In this document: in pieces, positions 41,120 to 56,800 of the stretch
Position numbering within the stretch: position 1 is the first letter of the stretch
Layout of the letters: each line of letters starts with the position of its first letter
DNA from: Bugula neritina
Taxonomy: Eukaryota; Animalia; Bryozoa
DNA: 64,000 nucleotides
Direction of reading: 5' to 3'
NCBI GenBank assembly: GCA_964035545.1
Contig: OZ037766.1
Span: 18,834,567-18,898,566 of the forward strand
The notes under the pieces: model-generated
What the model was told of the DNA's origin: nothing
The model's database searches: none
What the model saw: the letters and a program-made list of their open reading frames with translations, nothing else
Made by a program: the position numbers and the translations under genes

Positions 41120-44100
41120 TGCAGTGTATTTCAGTATGTTTCAGTGTATTTCTGTATGTTGCAGTGTTTTGCAATATATTTCAAATGTTACAGTGTATTT
41201 CAGTGTGTTGCAGTATATTTCAGTATGATACAATAAGTTTCAGTATGTTGAAGTATATTTCAGTGGGTTACAGTATATTTCAGTATGATACAGTGCATTT
41301 TGGTGCGTTACAGTATATTTCAGTATGATACAGCGTATTTCAGTATGTTTCAGTGTATTTCAGTATACTTCAATATTTTTAGGTATATTTCAGTATGTTG
41401 AAGTATATTTTAGTATATTGCAGTGTCATTCAATATGTTACAGTGTATTTCAGTATGTTGCAGTATGTTGCAGTGTATTTCAGTATGTTGCAGTGTATTT
41501 CAGTATGTTGCAGTATGTTCTAGTATATTTCAGTATGTTACAGTGTATTTCAGTATGTTGCAGTGTATTTCAGTGTGTTACAGTATATTTCAGTATGTTA
41601 CAGTATATTTCTTTATATTACACTATATTTCAGTGAGTTGCAGTGTAGTTCAGTGTGCTACAGCATATTTCAGTATGTTGCAGTGTTTTTCAATTTGTTA
41701 CAGTACATTTCAGTATATTACCGTAAATTTAAGTATGTTAAAGTTTATTCCGATGTGTTGCAGTGTATTTCAGTATGATACAATGTATTTCAGTATGTTG
41801 CAGTATTTTGCAATATATTTCAAATGTTACAGTGTATTTCGGTATGTTGCAGTATATTTCAGTATGATACAGCGTATTTCAGTATGTTTCAGTGTATTTC
41901 AGTATGCTTCAATATTTTTAAGTATATTTCAGTATGTTGAAGTATATTTCAGTGGGTTACAGTATATTTCAGTATGATACAGTGCGTTTCGGTGCGTTAC
42001 AGTATATTTCAGTATGATACAGCGTATTTCAGTATGTTTCAGCGTACTTCAGTATGCTTCAATATTTTTAAGTATATTTCAGTATGTTGAAGTATATTTT
42101 AGTATGTTGCAGTGTAATTCAGTATGTTGCAGTATATTTCAGTATGTTGTCGTATGTTTCAGTGTTTTACAGGACATTTCTGTATATTACAGTATACTTG
42201 AGTGTGTTGCAGTGTATTTGAGTATGCTGCGATATGTTTAAATGTGTTACAGTATATTTCAGTAGTTTACCATATATTTCGGTATGTTGCAGTATATTTC
42301 AATGTGTTGCACTGCATTTCAATATGTTACAGTATATTTCATTTTGTTGCAGTATGTTGCAGTATATTTCAGTAGTTTGCAACATATCTCAGTAGGTTAC
42401 CATATATTTCGGTATGATGCAGCATATTTCAGTATGTTACAGTGTATTTCAGTATGTTGCGGTATCTTGCAGTATATTTGAGTATGTAGCAGTATATTTC
42501 AGTATGCTGCAGTCTGCTTCAGTATATTACAGTATATTTCAGTATTCTGCAGTATGTCTCAGGGTGTTACAGTATATTTCATTATGTTGCAGTATGTTGC
42601 AGTATATTTCAGTAGTTTGCAACATATTTCTGTAGGTTACCATATATTTCGGTATGTTGCAGCATATTTCAATCTGTTGCAGTGTTTTCAGTATGTTGCA
42701 GTATATTTCAGTGGGTTATAGTATATTTCAGTATGATACAGCGTAGTTCAGTATGTTGCAAAGGTTTTCAATATGTTGCAGTATATTTAAGTATGTTGCA
42801 GTATGTTTCAGTGGGTTACAGTATATTTCATTATGTTGCAGTATGTTGCAGTATATTTCAGTAGTTTGCAACATATTTCAGTAGGTTACCATATATTACG
42901 GTATGTTGCAGTATATTTCAATGTGTTGCAGCGTATTTCAATATGTTACAGTGTATTTCAGTATGTTGCAGTATGTTGCAGTGTATTTCAGTATGTTATG
43001 GTGCATTTAAGTATGTTTCAAAATTTTTAGGTATATTTCAGTATGTTGAAGTATATTTTAGTATGTTGCAGTGTAATTCAGTATGTTGTCGTATGTTTTA
43101 GTATTTTACAGTAAATTTCTGTATATTGCAGTATACATCAGTGTGTTACAGTGTACTTCAGTATGTTGCGGTGTGTTTCAATGTGTTACAGTATATTTCA
43201 GTAGTTTACCATATATTTCGGTATGTTGCAGTATATTTCAATGTGGTGCACTGTATTTCAATATGTTACTGTGTATTTGAGTATGTTGTAGTATGTTGCA
43301 TTGTATTTCAGTATGTTGCAGTGTATTTCAGTATGTTGCAGTATGTTGCAGTGTATTTCAGTATGTTACAGTGTATTTCAGTAAGTTGCAGTATCTTGCA
43401 GTATATTTCAGAATGTTGCAGTATATTTCAGTATGTTGCAGTATGTTGTAGTACTTTACAGTTCATTTCTGTATATTACAGTATACATCAGTATGTTGCA
43501 GTGTCCTTCAGTATGTTGCGGTGTTTTTCATTGTGTTACAGTATATTTCAGTAGTTTACCATACATTTCGGTATGTTGCAGTATATTTCAATGTGGTGCA
43601 CTGTATTTCAATATGTTACTGTGTACTTCAGTATGTTGTAGTATGTTGCAGTGTATTTCAGTATGTTGCAGTGTATTTCAGTATGCTGCAGTATGTTCTA
43701 GTATATTTCAGTATGTTACAGTGTATTTCAGTATGTTGCAGTGTATTTCAGTGTGTTACAGTATATTTCAGTATGTTACAGTACATTTCTTTATATTACA
43801 CTATATTTCAGTGAGTTGCAGTGTAGTTCAGTGTGCTACAGCATATTTCAGTATGTTGCAGTGTTTTTCAATTTGTTACAGTATATTTCAGTATACTACC
43901 ATATATTTAAGTATGTTAAAGTTTATTCCAATGTGTTGTCGTGTATTTCAGTATGTTACAGTGTATTTCAGTATGTTGCAGTATTTTGCAATATATTTCA
44001 AATGTTACAGTGTATTTCAGTATGTTGCAGTATATTTCAGTATGATACAATAAGTTTCGGTATGTTGGAGTATATTTCAGTGGGTTACAGCATATTTCAG

Positions 44101-47100
44101 TATGATACAGTGCATTTCGATTCGTTACAGTATATTTCAGTATGATACAGCGTATTTCAGTATGTTTCAGTGTATTTCAGTATTCTTCAATATTTTTAAG
44201 TATATTTCAGTATGTTGAAGTATATTTTAGTATGTTGCAGTGTAATTCAGTATGTTGCATTATATTTCAGTATGTTGTCATATGTTTCGGTATTTTACAG
44301 GACATTTCTGTATATTACAGTATACTTCAGTGTGTTGCAGTGTATTTCAGTATGCTGCGATATGTTTAAATGTGTTACAGTATATTTCAAAAGTTTACCA
44401 TATATTTCGGTATGTTGCAGTATATTTCAATGTGTTGCACTGCATTTCAATATGTCACAGTATCCTTCATTTTGTTGCAGTATGTTGCAGTATATTTCAG
44501 TAGTTTGCAACATATCTCAGTAGGTTACCATATATTTCGGGATGATGCAGCATATTTCAGTATGTTACAGTGTATTTCAGTATATTGCGGTGTGTTTCAA
44601 TGTGTTACAGTATATTTCAGTAGTTTACCATATAATTCGGTATGTTGCAGTATATTTCAATGTGGTGCACTATATTTCAATATGTTACTGTGTATTTCAG
44701 TATGTTGTAGTATGTTGCAATGTATTTCAATATGTTGCAGTGCATTTCAGTATGTTGCAGTATGTTCTAGTATATTTCAGTATGTTGCAGTATATTTCAG
44801 TATGTTGCAGTATATTATTTCAGTGGGTTACAGTATATTCCAGTATGTTGCAGTATATTGCAGTATAATTCAGTAGTTTGCAACATATTTCTGGAGGTTA
44901 CCATATATTTCGGTATGTTGCAGTATATTTCAATGTGCTGCAGTGTATTTCAATATGTTACAGTGTATTTCGGTATAATGCAGTATGTTCTAGTATATTT
45001 CCGTATGTTACAGTGTATTTCAGTATGTTGCAGTGTATTTCAGTGTGTTACAGTATATTTCAGTATGTTACAGCACATTTCTTTGTATTACACTATATTT
45101 CAGTGAGTTGCAGTGTAGTTCAGTGTGCTACAGCATATCTGAGTATGTTGCAGTGTTTTTCAATTTGTTACCGTATATTTCAGTATATTACCGTATATTT
45201 AAGTATGTCAAAGTTTATTCCGATGTGTTGCAGTGTATTTCAGTATGTTTCAGTGTATTTCTGTATGTTGCAGTGTTTTGCAATATATTTCAAATGTTAC
45301 AGTGTATTTCAGTGTGTTGCAGTATATTTCAGTATGATACAATAAGTTTCAGTATGTTGAAGTATATTTCAGTGGGTTACAGTATATTTCAGTATGATAC
45401 AGTGCATTTCGGTGCGTTACAGTATATTTCAGTATGATACAGCGTATTTCAGTATGTTTCAGTGTATTTCAGTATACTTCAATATTTTTAGGTATATTTC
45501 AGTATGTTGAAGTATATTTTAGTATGTTGCAGTGTCATTCAATATGTTACAGTGTATTTCAGTATGTTGCAGTATGTTGCAGTGTATTTCAGTATGTTAT
45601 GGTGTATTTCAGTATGTTTCAAAATTTTTAGGTATACTTCAGTATGTTGAATTATATTTTAGTATGTTGCAGTGTAATTCAGTATGTTGCAGTATATTTC
45701 AGTGTGTTGTCGTATGTTTTAGTATTTTACAGTACATTTCTGTATATTACAGTATACATCAGTGTGTTGCAGTGTACTTCAGTACGTTGCGGTGTGTTTC
45801 AATGTGTTACAGTATATTTCAGTAGTTTACCATATATTTCGGTACGTTGCAGTATATTTCAATGTGGTGCACTGTATTTCAGTATGTCACTGTGTATTTC
45901 AGTATGTTGTAGTATGTTGTAATGTGTTTCAGTATGTTGCAGTGTATTTCAGTATGTTGCAGTATGTTGCAGTGTATTTCAGTATGTTACAGTGTATTTC
46001 AGTATGTTGCAGTATTTTGCAGTATATTTCAGTATGCTGCATTATATTTCAGTATGTTGCAGTATATTTCAGTATGTTGCAGTATGTTTTAGTACTTTAC
46101 AGTTCATTTCTGTATATTACAGTATACATCAGTATGTTGCAGTGTCCTTCAGTATGTTGCGATGTGTTTCAATGTGTTACAGTATATTTCAGTAGTTACC
46201 ATATATTTCGGTATGTTGCAGTATATTTCAATGTGGTGCACTGTATTTCAATATGTTACTGTGTACTTCAGTATGTTGTAGTATGTTGCAGTGTATTTCA
46301 GTATGTTGCAGTGTATTTCAGTATGTTGCAGTATGTTCTAGTATATTTCAGTATGTTACACTATATTTCAGTGAGTTGCAGTGTAGTTCAGTGTGCTACA
46401 GCATATTTCAGTATGTTGCAGTGTTTTTCAATTTGTTACAGTACATTTCAGTATATTACCGTAAATTTAAGTATGTTAAAGTTTATTCCGATGTGTTGCA
46501 GTGTATTTCAGTATGATACAGTGTATTTCAGTATGTTGCAGTATTTTGCAATATATTTCAAATGTTACAGTGTATTTCGGTATGTTGCAGTATATTTCAG
46601 TATGATACAGCGTATTTCAGTATGTTTCAGTGTATTTCAGTATGCTTCAATATTTTTAAGTATATTTCAGTATGTTGAAGTATATTTCAGTGGGTTACAG
46701 TATATTTCAGTATGATACAGTGCGTTTCGGTGCGTTACAGTATATTTCAGTATGATACAGCGTATTTCAGTATGTTTCAGCGTATTTCAGTATGCTTCAA
46801 TATTTTTAAGTATATTTCAGTATGTTGAAGTATATTTTAGTATGTTGCAGTATATTTCAGTGTTTTACAGGACATTTCTGTATATTACAGTATACTTCAG
46901 TGTGTTGCAGTGTATTTGAGTATGCTGCGATATGTTTAAATGTGTTACAGTATATTGCAGTAGTTTACCATATATTTCGGTATGTTGCAGTATATTTCAA
47001 TGTGTTGCACTGCATTTCAATATGTTACAGTATATTTCATTTTGTTGCAGTATGTTGCAGTATATTTCAGTAGTTTGCAACATATCTCAGTAGGTTACCA

Positions 47101-50100
47101 TATATTTCGGTATGATGCAGCATATTTCAGTATGTTACAGTGTATTTCAGTATGTTGCGGTATCTTGCAGTATATTTGAGTAGGTAGCAGTATATTTCAG
47201 TATGCTGCAGTCTGTTTCAGTATATTACAGTATATTCCAGTATTCTGCAGTATGTTTCAGGGTGTTACAGTATATTTCATTATGTTGCAGTATGTTGCAG
47301 TATATTTCAGTAGTTTGCAACATATTTCTGTAGGTTACCATATATTTCGGTATGTTGCAGCATATCTCAATCTGTTGCAGTGTTTTCAGTATGTTGCATT
47401 ATATTTCAGTGGGTTGTAGTATATTTCAGTATGATACAGCGTAGTTCAGTATGTTGCAAAGGTTTTCAATATGTTGCAGTATATTTAAGTATGTTGCAGT
47501 ATCTTTCAGTGGGTTACAGTATATTTCATTATGTTGCAGTATGTTGCAGTATATTTCAGTAGTTTGCAACATATTTCAGTAGGTTACCATATATTACGGT
47601 ATGTTGCAGTATATTTCAATGTGTTGCAGCGTATTTCAATATGTTACAGTGTATTTCAGTATGTTGCAGTATGTTGCAGTGTATTTCAGTATGTTATGGT
47701 GCATTTCAGTATGTTTCAAAATTTTTAGGTATATTTCAGTATGTTGAAGTATATTTTAGTATGTTGCAGTGTAATTCAGTATGTTGTCGTATGTTTTAGT
47801 ATTTTACAGTACATTTCTGTATATTGCAGTATACATCAGTGTGTTGCAGTGTACTTCAGTATGTTGCGGTGTGTTTCAATGTGTTACAGTATATTTCAGT
47901 AGTTTACCATATATTTCGGTATGTTGCAGTATATTTCAATGTGGTGCACTGTATTTCAATATGTTACTGTGTTATTGAGTATGTTGTAGTATGTTGCATT
48001 GTATTTCAGTATGTTGCAGTGTACTTCAGTATGTTGCAGTATGTTGCAGTGTATTTCAGTGTGTTACAGTGTATTTCAGTATGTTGCAGTATCTTGCAGT
48101 ATATTTCAGTATGTTGCAGGATATTTCAGTATGTTGCAGTATGTTTTAGTACTTTACTGTTCATTTCTGTAAATTACAGTATATTTCAGTATGTTGCAGT
48201 ATATTTCAGTGGGTTACAGTATATTGCAGTATGTTCCAGTATGTTGCAGTATATTTCAGTATGTTGCAGTGTATTTCAGTATGTTACAGTGTATTTCAGT
48301 GGTTTGTAACATATTTCAGTAGTTTACCATACATTTCGGTATGTTGCAGTATATTTCAATGTGGTGCACTGTATTTCAATATGTTACTGTGTACTTCAGT
48401 ATGTTGCAGTATGTTTCAGTATGTTGCAGTATATTTGAGTATGTTGCAGTATGTTTCAGTGGGTTACAGTATATTTCATCATGTTGCAGGATGTTACAGT
48501 ATATTTCAGTAGTTTGCAACATATTTCAGTAGGTTACCATACATTACGGTATGTTGCAGTATATTTCAATGTGTTGCAGCGTATTTCAATATGTTACAGT
48601 GTATTTCAGTATGTTGCAGTATTGTGCAGTGTATTTCAGTATGTTATTGTGTATTTCAGTATGTTGTAGTATGTTGCAGTGTATTTCAGTATGTTGCAGT
48701 GTATTTCAGTATGTTGCAGTATGTTTTAGTACTTTACAAATCATTTCTGTATATTACAGTATACATCAGTATGTTGCAGTGTCCTTCAGTATGTTGCGGT
48801 GTGTTTCAATGTGTTACAGTATATTTCAGTAGTTACCATATATTTCGGTATGTTGCAGTATATTTCAATGTGGTGCACTGTATTTCAATATGTTACTGTG
48901 TACTTCAGTTTGTTGTAGTATGTTGCAGTGTATTTCAGTATGTTGCAGTGTATTTCAGTATGTTGCGGTATGTTCTAGTATATTTCAGTATGTTACAGTG
49001 TATTTCAGTATGTTGCAGTGTATTTCAGTGTGTTACAGTATATTTCAGTATGTTACAGTATATTTCTTTATATTACACTATATTTCAGTGAGTTGCAGTG
49101 TAGTTCAGTGTGCTACAGCATATTTCAGTATGTTGCAGTGTTGTTCAATTTGTTACAGTACATTTCAGTATATTACCGTAAAATTAAGTATGTTAAAGTT
49201 TATTCCGATGTGTTGCAGTGTATTTCAGTATGTTACAGTGTATTTCAGTATGTTGCAGTATTTTGCAATATATTTCAAATGTTACAGTGTATTTCAGTAT
49301 GTTGCAGTATATTTCAGTATGATACAATAAGTTTCAGTATGTTTCAGTGGGTTACAGTATCTTTCAGTATGATACAGTGCGTTTTGGTGCGTTACAGTAT
49401 ATTTCAGTATGATACAGCGTATTTCAGTATGTTTCAGTGTATTTCAGTATGCTTCAATATTTTTAAGTATATTTCAGTATGTTGAAGTATATTTTAGTAT
49501 GTTGCAGTGTAATTCAGTATGTTGCAGTATATTTCAGTATGTTGTCGTATGTTTCAGTGATTTACAGGACATTTCTGTATATTACAGTATACTTCAGTGT
49601 GTTGAGGTGTGTTTCAGTATGCTGCGATATGTTTAAATGTGTTACAGTATGTTTCAGTAGTTTACCATATATTTCGGTATGTTGCAGTATATTTCAATGT
49701 GTTGCACTGCATTTCAATATGTTACAGTATATTTCATTTTGTTGCAGTATGTTGCAGTATATTTCAGTAGTTTGCAACATATCTCAGTAGGTTACCATAT
49801 ATTTCGGTATGATGCAGCATATTTCAGTATGTTACAGTGTATTTCAGTATGTTGCAGTATCTTGCAGTATATTTCAGTATGTAGCAGTATATTTCAGTAT
49901 GTTGCAGTCTGTTTCAGTATATTACAGTATATACCCGTATTTTGCAGTATGTTTCAGGGTGTTACAGTATATTTCATTAATTTGCAGTATGTTGCAGTAT
50001 ATTTCAGTAGTTTGCAACATATTTCAGTAGGTTACCATATATTTCGGTATTTTGCAGCGTATTTCAATCTGTTGCAGTGTTTTCAGTATGTTGCAGTGTA

Positions 50101-53100
50101 TTTCAGTGGGTCAAAGTATATTTCAGTATAATACAGCGTAGTTCAGTATGTTGCAAAGTTTTTCAATATGTTGCAGTATATTTAAGTATGTTGCAGTATG
50201 TTTCAGTGGGTTACAGTATATTTCATTATGTTGCAGTATGTTGCAGTATATTTCAGTAGTTTGCAACATATTTCAGTAGGTTACCATATATTACGGTATT
50301 TTGCAGTATATTTCAATGTGTTGCAGCGTATTTCAATATGTTACAGTGTATTTCAGTATGTTGCAGTATGTTGCAGTGTATTTCAATATGTTATGGTGCA
50401 TTTCAGTATGTTTCAAAATTTTTAGGTATATTTCAGTATGTTGAAGTATATTTTAGTACGTTGCAGTGTAATTCAGTATGTTGTCGTATGTTTTAGTATT
50501 TTACAGTACATTTCTGTATATTGCAGTATACATCAGTGTGTTGCAGTGTACTTCAGTATGTTGCGGTGTGTTTCAATGTGTTACAGTATATTTCAGTAGT
50601 TTACTATATATTTCGGTATGTTGCAGTATATTTCAATGTGGTGCACTGTATTTCAATATGTTACTAAGTATTTGAGTATGTTGTAGTATGTTGCATTGTA
50701 TTTCAGTATGTTGCAGTGTATTTCAGTATGTTGCAGTATGTTGCAGTGTATTTCAGTATGTTACAGTGTATTTCAGTATGTTGCAGTATCTTGCAGTATA
50801 TTTCAGTATGTTGCAGGATATTTCAGTATGTTGCAGTATGTTTCAGTGGGTTACAGTATATTCCAGTATGTTCCAGTATGTTGCAGTATATTTCAGTATG
50901 TTGCAGTGTATTTCAATATGTTACAGTGTATTTCAGTGGTTTGTAACATATTTCAGTAGTTTACCATACATTTCGGTATGTTGCAGTATATTTCAATGTG
51001 GTGCACTGTATTTCAATATGTTACTGTGTACTTCAGTATGTTGCAGTATGTTTCAGTATGTTGCAGTATATTTAAGTATGTTGCAGTATGTTTCAGTGGG
51101 TTACAGTATATTCCATTATGTTGCAGGATGTTACAGTATATTTCAGTAGTTTGCAACATATTTCAGTAGGTTACGATACAGTACGGTATGTTGCAGTATA
51201 TTTCAATGTGTTGCAGCGTATTTCAATATGTTACAGTGTATTTCAGTATGTTGCAGTATTGTGCAGTGTATTTCAGTACGTTATTGTGTATTTCAGTATG
51301 TTGTAGTATGTTGCAGTGTATTTCAGTATGTTGCAGTGTATTTCAGTATGTTGCAGTATTTTGCAGCATATTTCAGTATGTTACAGCGTATTTCAGTATG
51401 TTGCAGTGTATTTCAGTGTGTTACAGTATAATATTTCAGTATGTTAGAGTACACTTCCGTAAATTACACTATACTTCAGTGAGCTGTAGTCTATTTCAGT
51501 ATCTTGCAGTATATCTCAGTATGTTACAGTATATTTCAGCATGTTGCAGTATATTTCAGTGTGTTACAGTATATTTCATTATGTTACAGTGCATTTCCAG
51601 ATACTACACTATACTTCAGTGAGTTTTAGTGTTTTTCAGTAAGTTGCAGTATGTTTCGGTATCTTGCAACATATTTCAATGTGTTGCAATGTATTTCTAT
51701 ATGTTACAGTGTATTTCAGTATGTTGCAGCATGTTGCAGTGTACTTCAGTATGTTACAGTGTATTTCAGTATGTTGCAGTATATTATTTCAGTGGGTTAC
51801 AGTATATTCCAGTATGTTGCAGTATGTTGCAGTATATTTCAGTATGTTGCAGTATATTATTTCATGGGGTTACAGTATATTCCAGTATGTTGCAGTATGT
51901 TGCAGTATATTTCAGTATGATACAATAAGTTTCAGTATGTTTCGGTGGGTTACAGTATCTTTCAGTATGATACAGTGCGTTTTGGTGCGTTACAGTATAT
52001 TTCAGTATGATACAGCGTATTTCAGTATGTTTCAGTGTATTTCAGTATGCTTCAATATTTTTAAGTATATTTCAGTATGTTGAAGTATATTTTAGTATGT
52101 TGCAGTGTAATTCAATATGTTTCAGTATATTTCAGTATGTTGTCGTATGTTTCAGTGTTTTACAGGACATTTCTGTATATTACAGTATACTTCAGTGTGT
52201 TGCAGTGTATTTCAGTATGCTGCGATATGTTTAAATGTGTTACAGTATATTTCAGTAGTTTACCATATATTTCGGTATGTTGCAGTATATTTCAATGTGT
52301 TGCACTGCATTTCAACATGTTACAGTATATTTCATTTTGTTGCAGTATGTTGCAGTATATTTCAGTAGTTTGCAACATATCTCAGTAGGTTACCATATAT
52401 TTCGGTATGATGCAGCATATTTCAGTATGTTACAGTGTATTTCAGTATGTTGCAGTATATTTCAGTATGTAGCAGTATATTTCAGTATGTTGCAGTCTGT
52501 TTCAGTATATTACAGTATATTCCAGTATTTTGCAGTATGTTTCAGGGTGTTACAGTATATTTCATTATGTTGCAGTATGTTGCAGTATATTTCAGTAGTT
52601 TGCAACATATTTCAGTAGGTTACCATATATTTCGGTATGTTGCAGCATATTTCAATCTGTTGCAGTGTTTTCAGTATGTTGCAGTATATTTCAGTGGGTT
52701 ATAGTATATTTCAGTATGATACAGCGTAGTTCAGTATGTTGCAAAGTTTTTCAATATGTTGCAGTATATTTAAGTATGTTGCAGTATGTTTCAGTGGGGT
52801 ACAGTATATTTCATTATGTTGCAGTATGTTGCAGTATATTTCAGTAGTTTGCAACATATTTCAGAAGGTTACCATATATTACAGTATGTTGCAGTATGTT
52901 TCAATGTGTTGCAGCGTATTTCAATATGTTACAATGTATTTCAGTATGTTGCAGTATGTTGCAGTGTATTTCAATATGTTATGGTGCATTTCAGTATGTT
53001 TCAAAATTTTTAGGTATATTTCAGTATGTTGAAGTATATTTTAGTATGTTGCAGTGTAATTCAGTATGTTGTCGTGTGTTTTAGTATTTTACAGTACATT

Positions 53101-53180
53101 TCTGTATATTGCAGTATACATCAGTGTGTTGCAGTGTACTTCAGTATGTTGCGGTGTGTTTCAATGTGTTACAGTATATT
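41120..53180 (+). repeat. Copy 2 of the approximately 12-kb duplicated block in satellite A
   Basis: Matches about 4280-16440 at offsets 36739-36839 (see markers for copy 1). Confidence 0.9.
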
Positions 53181-53880
53181 TCAGTAGTTTACCATATATT
53201 TCGGTATGTTGCAGTATATTTCAATGTGGTGCACTGTATTTCAATATGTTACTGTGTATTTGAGTATGTTGTAGTATGTTGCATTGTATTTCAGTATGTT
53301 GCAGTGTATTTCAGTATGTTGCAGTATGTTGCAGTGTATTTCAGTATGTTACAGTGTATTTCAGTATGTTGCAGTATCTTGCAGTATAATTCAGTATGTT
53401 GCAGTATATTTCAGTATGTTGCAGTATGTTTTAGTACTTTACAGTTCATTTCTGTATATTACAGTATACATCAGTATGTTGCAGTGTCCTTCAGTATGTT
53501 GCGGTGTTTTTCAATGTGTTACAGTATATTTCAGTAGTTTACCATATATTTCGGTATGTTGCAGTATATTTCAATGTGGTGCACTGTATTTCAATATGTT
53601 ACTGTGTATTTGAGTATGTTGTAGTATGTTGCATTGTATTTCAGTATGTTGCAGTGTATTTCAGTATGTTGCAGTATGTTGCAGTGTATTTCAGTATGTT
53701 ACAGTGTATTTCAGTATGTTGCAGTATCTTGCAGTATAATTCAGTATGTTGCAGTATATTTCAGTATGTTGCAGTATGTTTTAGTACTTTACAGTTCATT
53801 TCTGTATATTACAGTATACATCAGTATGTTGCAGTGTCCTTCAGTATGTTGCTGTGTTTTTCAATGTGTTACAGTATATT
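53170..53880 (+). repeat. 350-bp tandem duplication within satellite A
   Basis: ORF starts 53284/53634. The variant GCAGTATAAT occurs at 53381 and 53731. Confidence 0.8.
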
Positions 53881-56800
53881 TCAGTAGTTTACCATACATT
53901 TCGGTATGTTGCAGTATATTTCAATGTGGTGCACTGTATTTCAATATGTTACTGTGTACTTCAGTATGTTGTAGTATGTTGCAGTGTAGTTCAGTATGTT
54001 GCAGTGTATTTCAGTATGTTGCGGTATGTTCTAGTATATTTCAGTATGTTACAGTGTATTTCAGTAGTTTGCAACATATTTCAGTAGGTTACCATATATT
54101 ACGGTATGTTGCAGTATATTTCAATGTGTTGCAGCGTATTTCAATATGTTACAGTGTATTTCAGTATGTTGCAGTATGTTGCAGTATATTTCAGTATGTT
54201 GCAGTATATTATTTCATGGGGTTACACTATATTCCAGTATGTTGCAGTATGTTGCAGTATATTTCAGTAGTTTGCAACATATTTCTGTAGGTTACCATAT
54301 ATTTCGGTATGTTGCAGTATATTTCAATGTGTTGCAGTGTATTTCAATATGTTACAGTGTATTTCGGTATGTTGCAGTATGTTGTAGTATGTTACAGTGT
54401 ATTTCAGTATGTTGCAGTGTATTTCAGTGTGTTACAGTATTTTTCAGTATGTTATAGCACATTTCTTTATATTACACTATATTTCAGTGAGTTGCAGTGT
54501 AGTTCAGTGTGCTACAGCATATCTCAGTATGTTGCAGTGTTTTTCAATTTGTTACAGTATATTTCAGTATATTACCGTATATTTAAGTGTGTCAAAGTTT
54601 ATTCCGATGTGTTGCAGTGTATTTCAGTATGTTACAGTGTATTTCAGTATGTTGCAGTATTTTCCAATATATCTCAAATGTTACAGTGTATTTCAGTATG
54701 TTGCAGTATATTTCAGTATGATACAGTAAGTTTCAGTATGTTGAAGTATATTTCAGTGGGTTACAGTATATTTCAGTATGATACAGTGCATTTCGGTGCG
54801 TTACAGTATATTTCAATATGATACAGCGTATTTCAGTATGTTTCAGTGTATTTCAGTATACTTCAATATTTTTAGGTATATTTCAGTATGTTGAAGTATA
54901 TTTTAGTATGTTGCAGTGTAATTCAATATGTTACAGTGTATTTCAGTATGTTGCAGTAATTTGCAGTGTATTTCAGTATGTTATGGTGTATTTCAGTATG
55001 TTGCAGTGTCTTGCAGTATATTTCAGTATGTTGCAGTATATTTCAGTATGTTGCAGTATATTTCGGTATGTTGCAGTATGTTTTAGTACTTTACAGTTCA
55101 TTTCTGTATATTACAGTATACATCAGTATGTGGCAGTGTCCTTCAGTATGTTGCGGTGTGTTTCAATGTGTTACAGTATATTTCAGTAGTTACCATATAT
55201 TTCGGTATGTTGCAGTATATTTCAATGTGGTGCGCTGTATTTCAATATGTTACTGTGAACTTCAGTATGTTGTAGTATGTTGCAGTGTATTTCAGTATGT
55301 TGCAGTGTATTTCAGTATGTTGCGGTATGTTCTAGTATATTTCAGTATGTTACAGTGTATTTCAGTATGTTGCAGTGTATTTCAGTGTGTTACAGTACAT
55401 TTCAGTATGTTACAGTATATTTCTTTATATTACACTATATTTCAGTGAGTTGCAGTGTAGTTCAGTGTGCTACAGCATATTTCAGTATGTTGCAGTGTTG
55501 TTCAATTTGTTACAGTACATTTCAGTATATTACCGTAAATTTAAGTATGTTAAAGTTTATTCCGATGTGTTGCAGTGTATTTCAGTATGTTACAGTGTAT
55601 TTCAGTATGTTGCAGTATTTTGCAATATATTTCGAATGTTACAGTGTATTTCAGCATGTTGCAGTATATTTCAGTATGATACAATAAGTTTCAGTATGTT
55701 TCAGTGGGTTACAGTATCTTTCAGTATGATACAGTGCGTTTTGGTGCGTTACAGTATATGTCAGTATGATACAGCGTATTTCAGTATGTTTCAGTGTATT
55801 TCAGTATGCTTCAATATTTTTAAGTATATTTCAGTATGTTGAAGTATATTTTAGTATGTTGCAGTGTAATTCAGTATGTTGCAGTATATTTCAGTATGTT
55901 GTCGTATGTTTCAGTGTTTTACAGGACATTTCTGTATATTACAGTATACTTCAGTGTGTTGCAGTGTATTTCAGTATGCTGCGATATGTTTAAATGTGTT
56001 ACAGTATATTTCAGTAGTTTACCATATGTTTTGGTATGTTGCAGTATATTTCCATGTGTTGCACTGCATTTCAATATGTTACAGTATATTTCATTTTGTT
56101 GCAGTATGTTGCAGTATATTTCAGTAGTTTGCAACATATCTCAGTAGGTTACCATATATTTCGGTATGATGCAGCATATTTCAGTATGTTACAGTGTATT
56201 TCAGTATGTTGCAGTATCTTGCAGTATATTTCAGTATGTAGCAGTATATTTCAGTATGTTGCAGTCTGTTTCAGTATATTACAGTATATTCCAGTATTTT
56301 GCAGTATGTTTCAGGGTGTTACAGTATATTTCATTATGTTGCAGTATGTTGCAGTATATTTCAGTAGTTTGCTACATATTTCAGTAGGTTACCATATATT
56401 TCGGTATGTTGCAGCATATTTCAATCTGTTGCAGTGTTTTCAGTATGTTGCAGTATATTTCAGTGGGTTATAGTATATTTCAGTATGATACAGCGTAATT
56501 TAGTATGTTGCAAAGTTTTTCAATATGTTGCAGTATATTTAAGTATGTTGCAGTATGTTTCAGTGGGGTACAGTATATTTCATTATGTTGCAGTATGTTG
56601 CAGTATATTTCAGTAGTTTGCAACATATTTCAGTAGGTTACCATATATTACAGTATGTTGCAGTATATTTCAATGTGTTGCAGCGTATTTCAATATGTTA
56701 CAGTGTATTTCAATATGTTGCAGTATGTTGCAGTGTATTTCAATATGTTATGGTGCATTTCAGTATGTTTCAAAATTTTTAGGTATATTTCAGTATGTTG

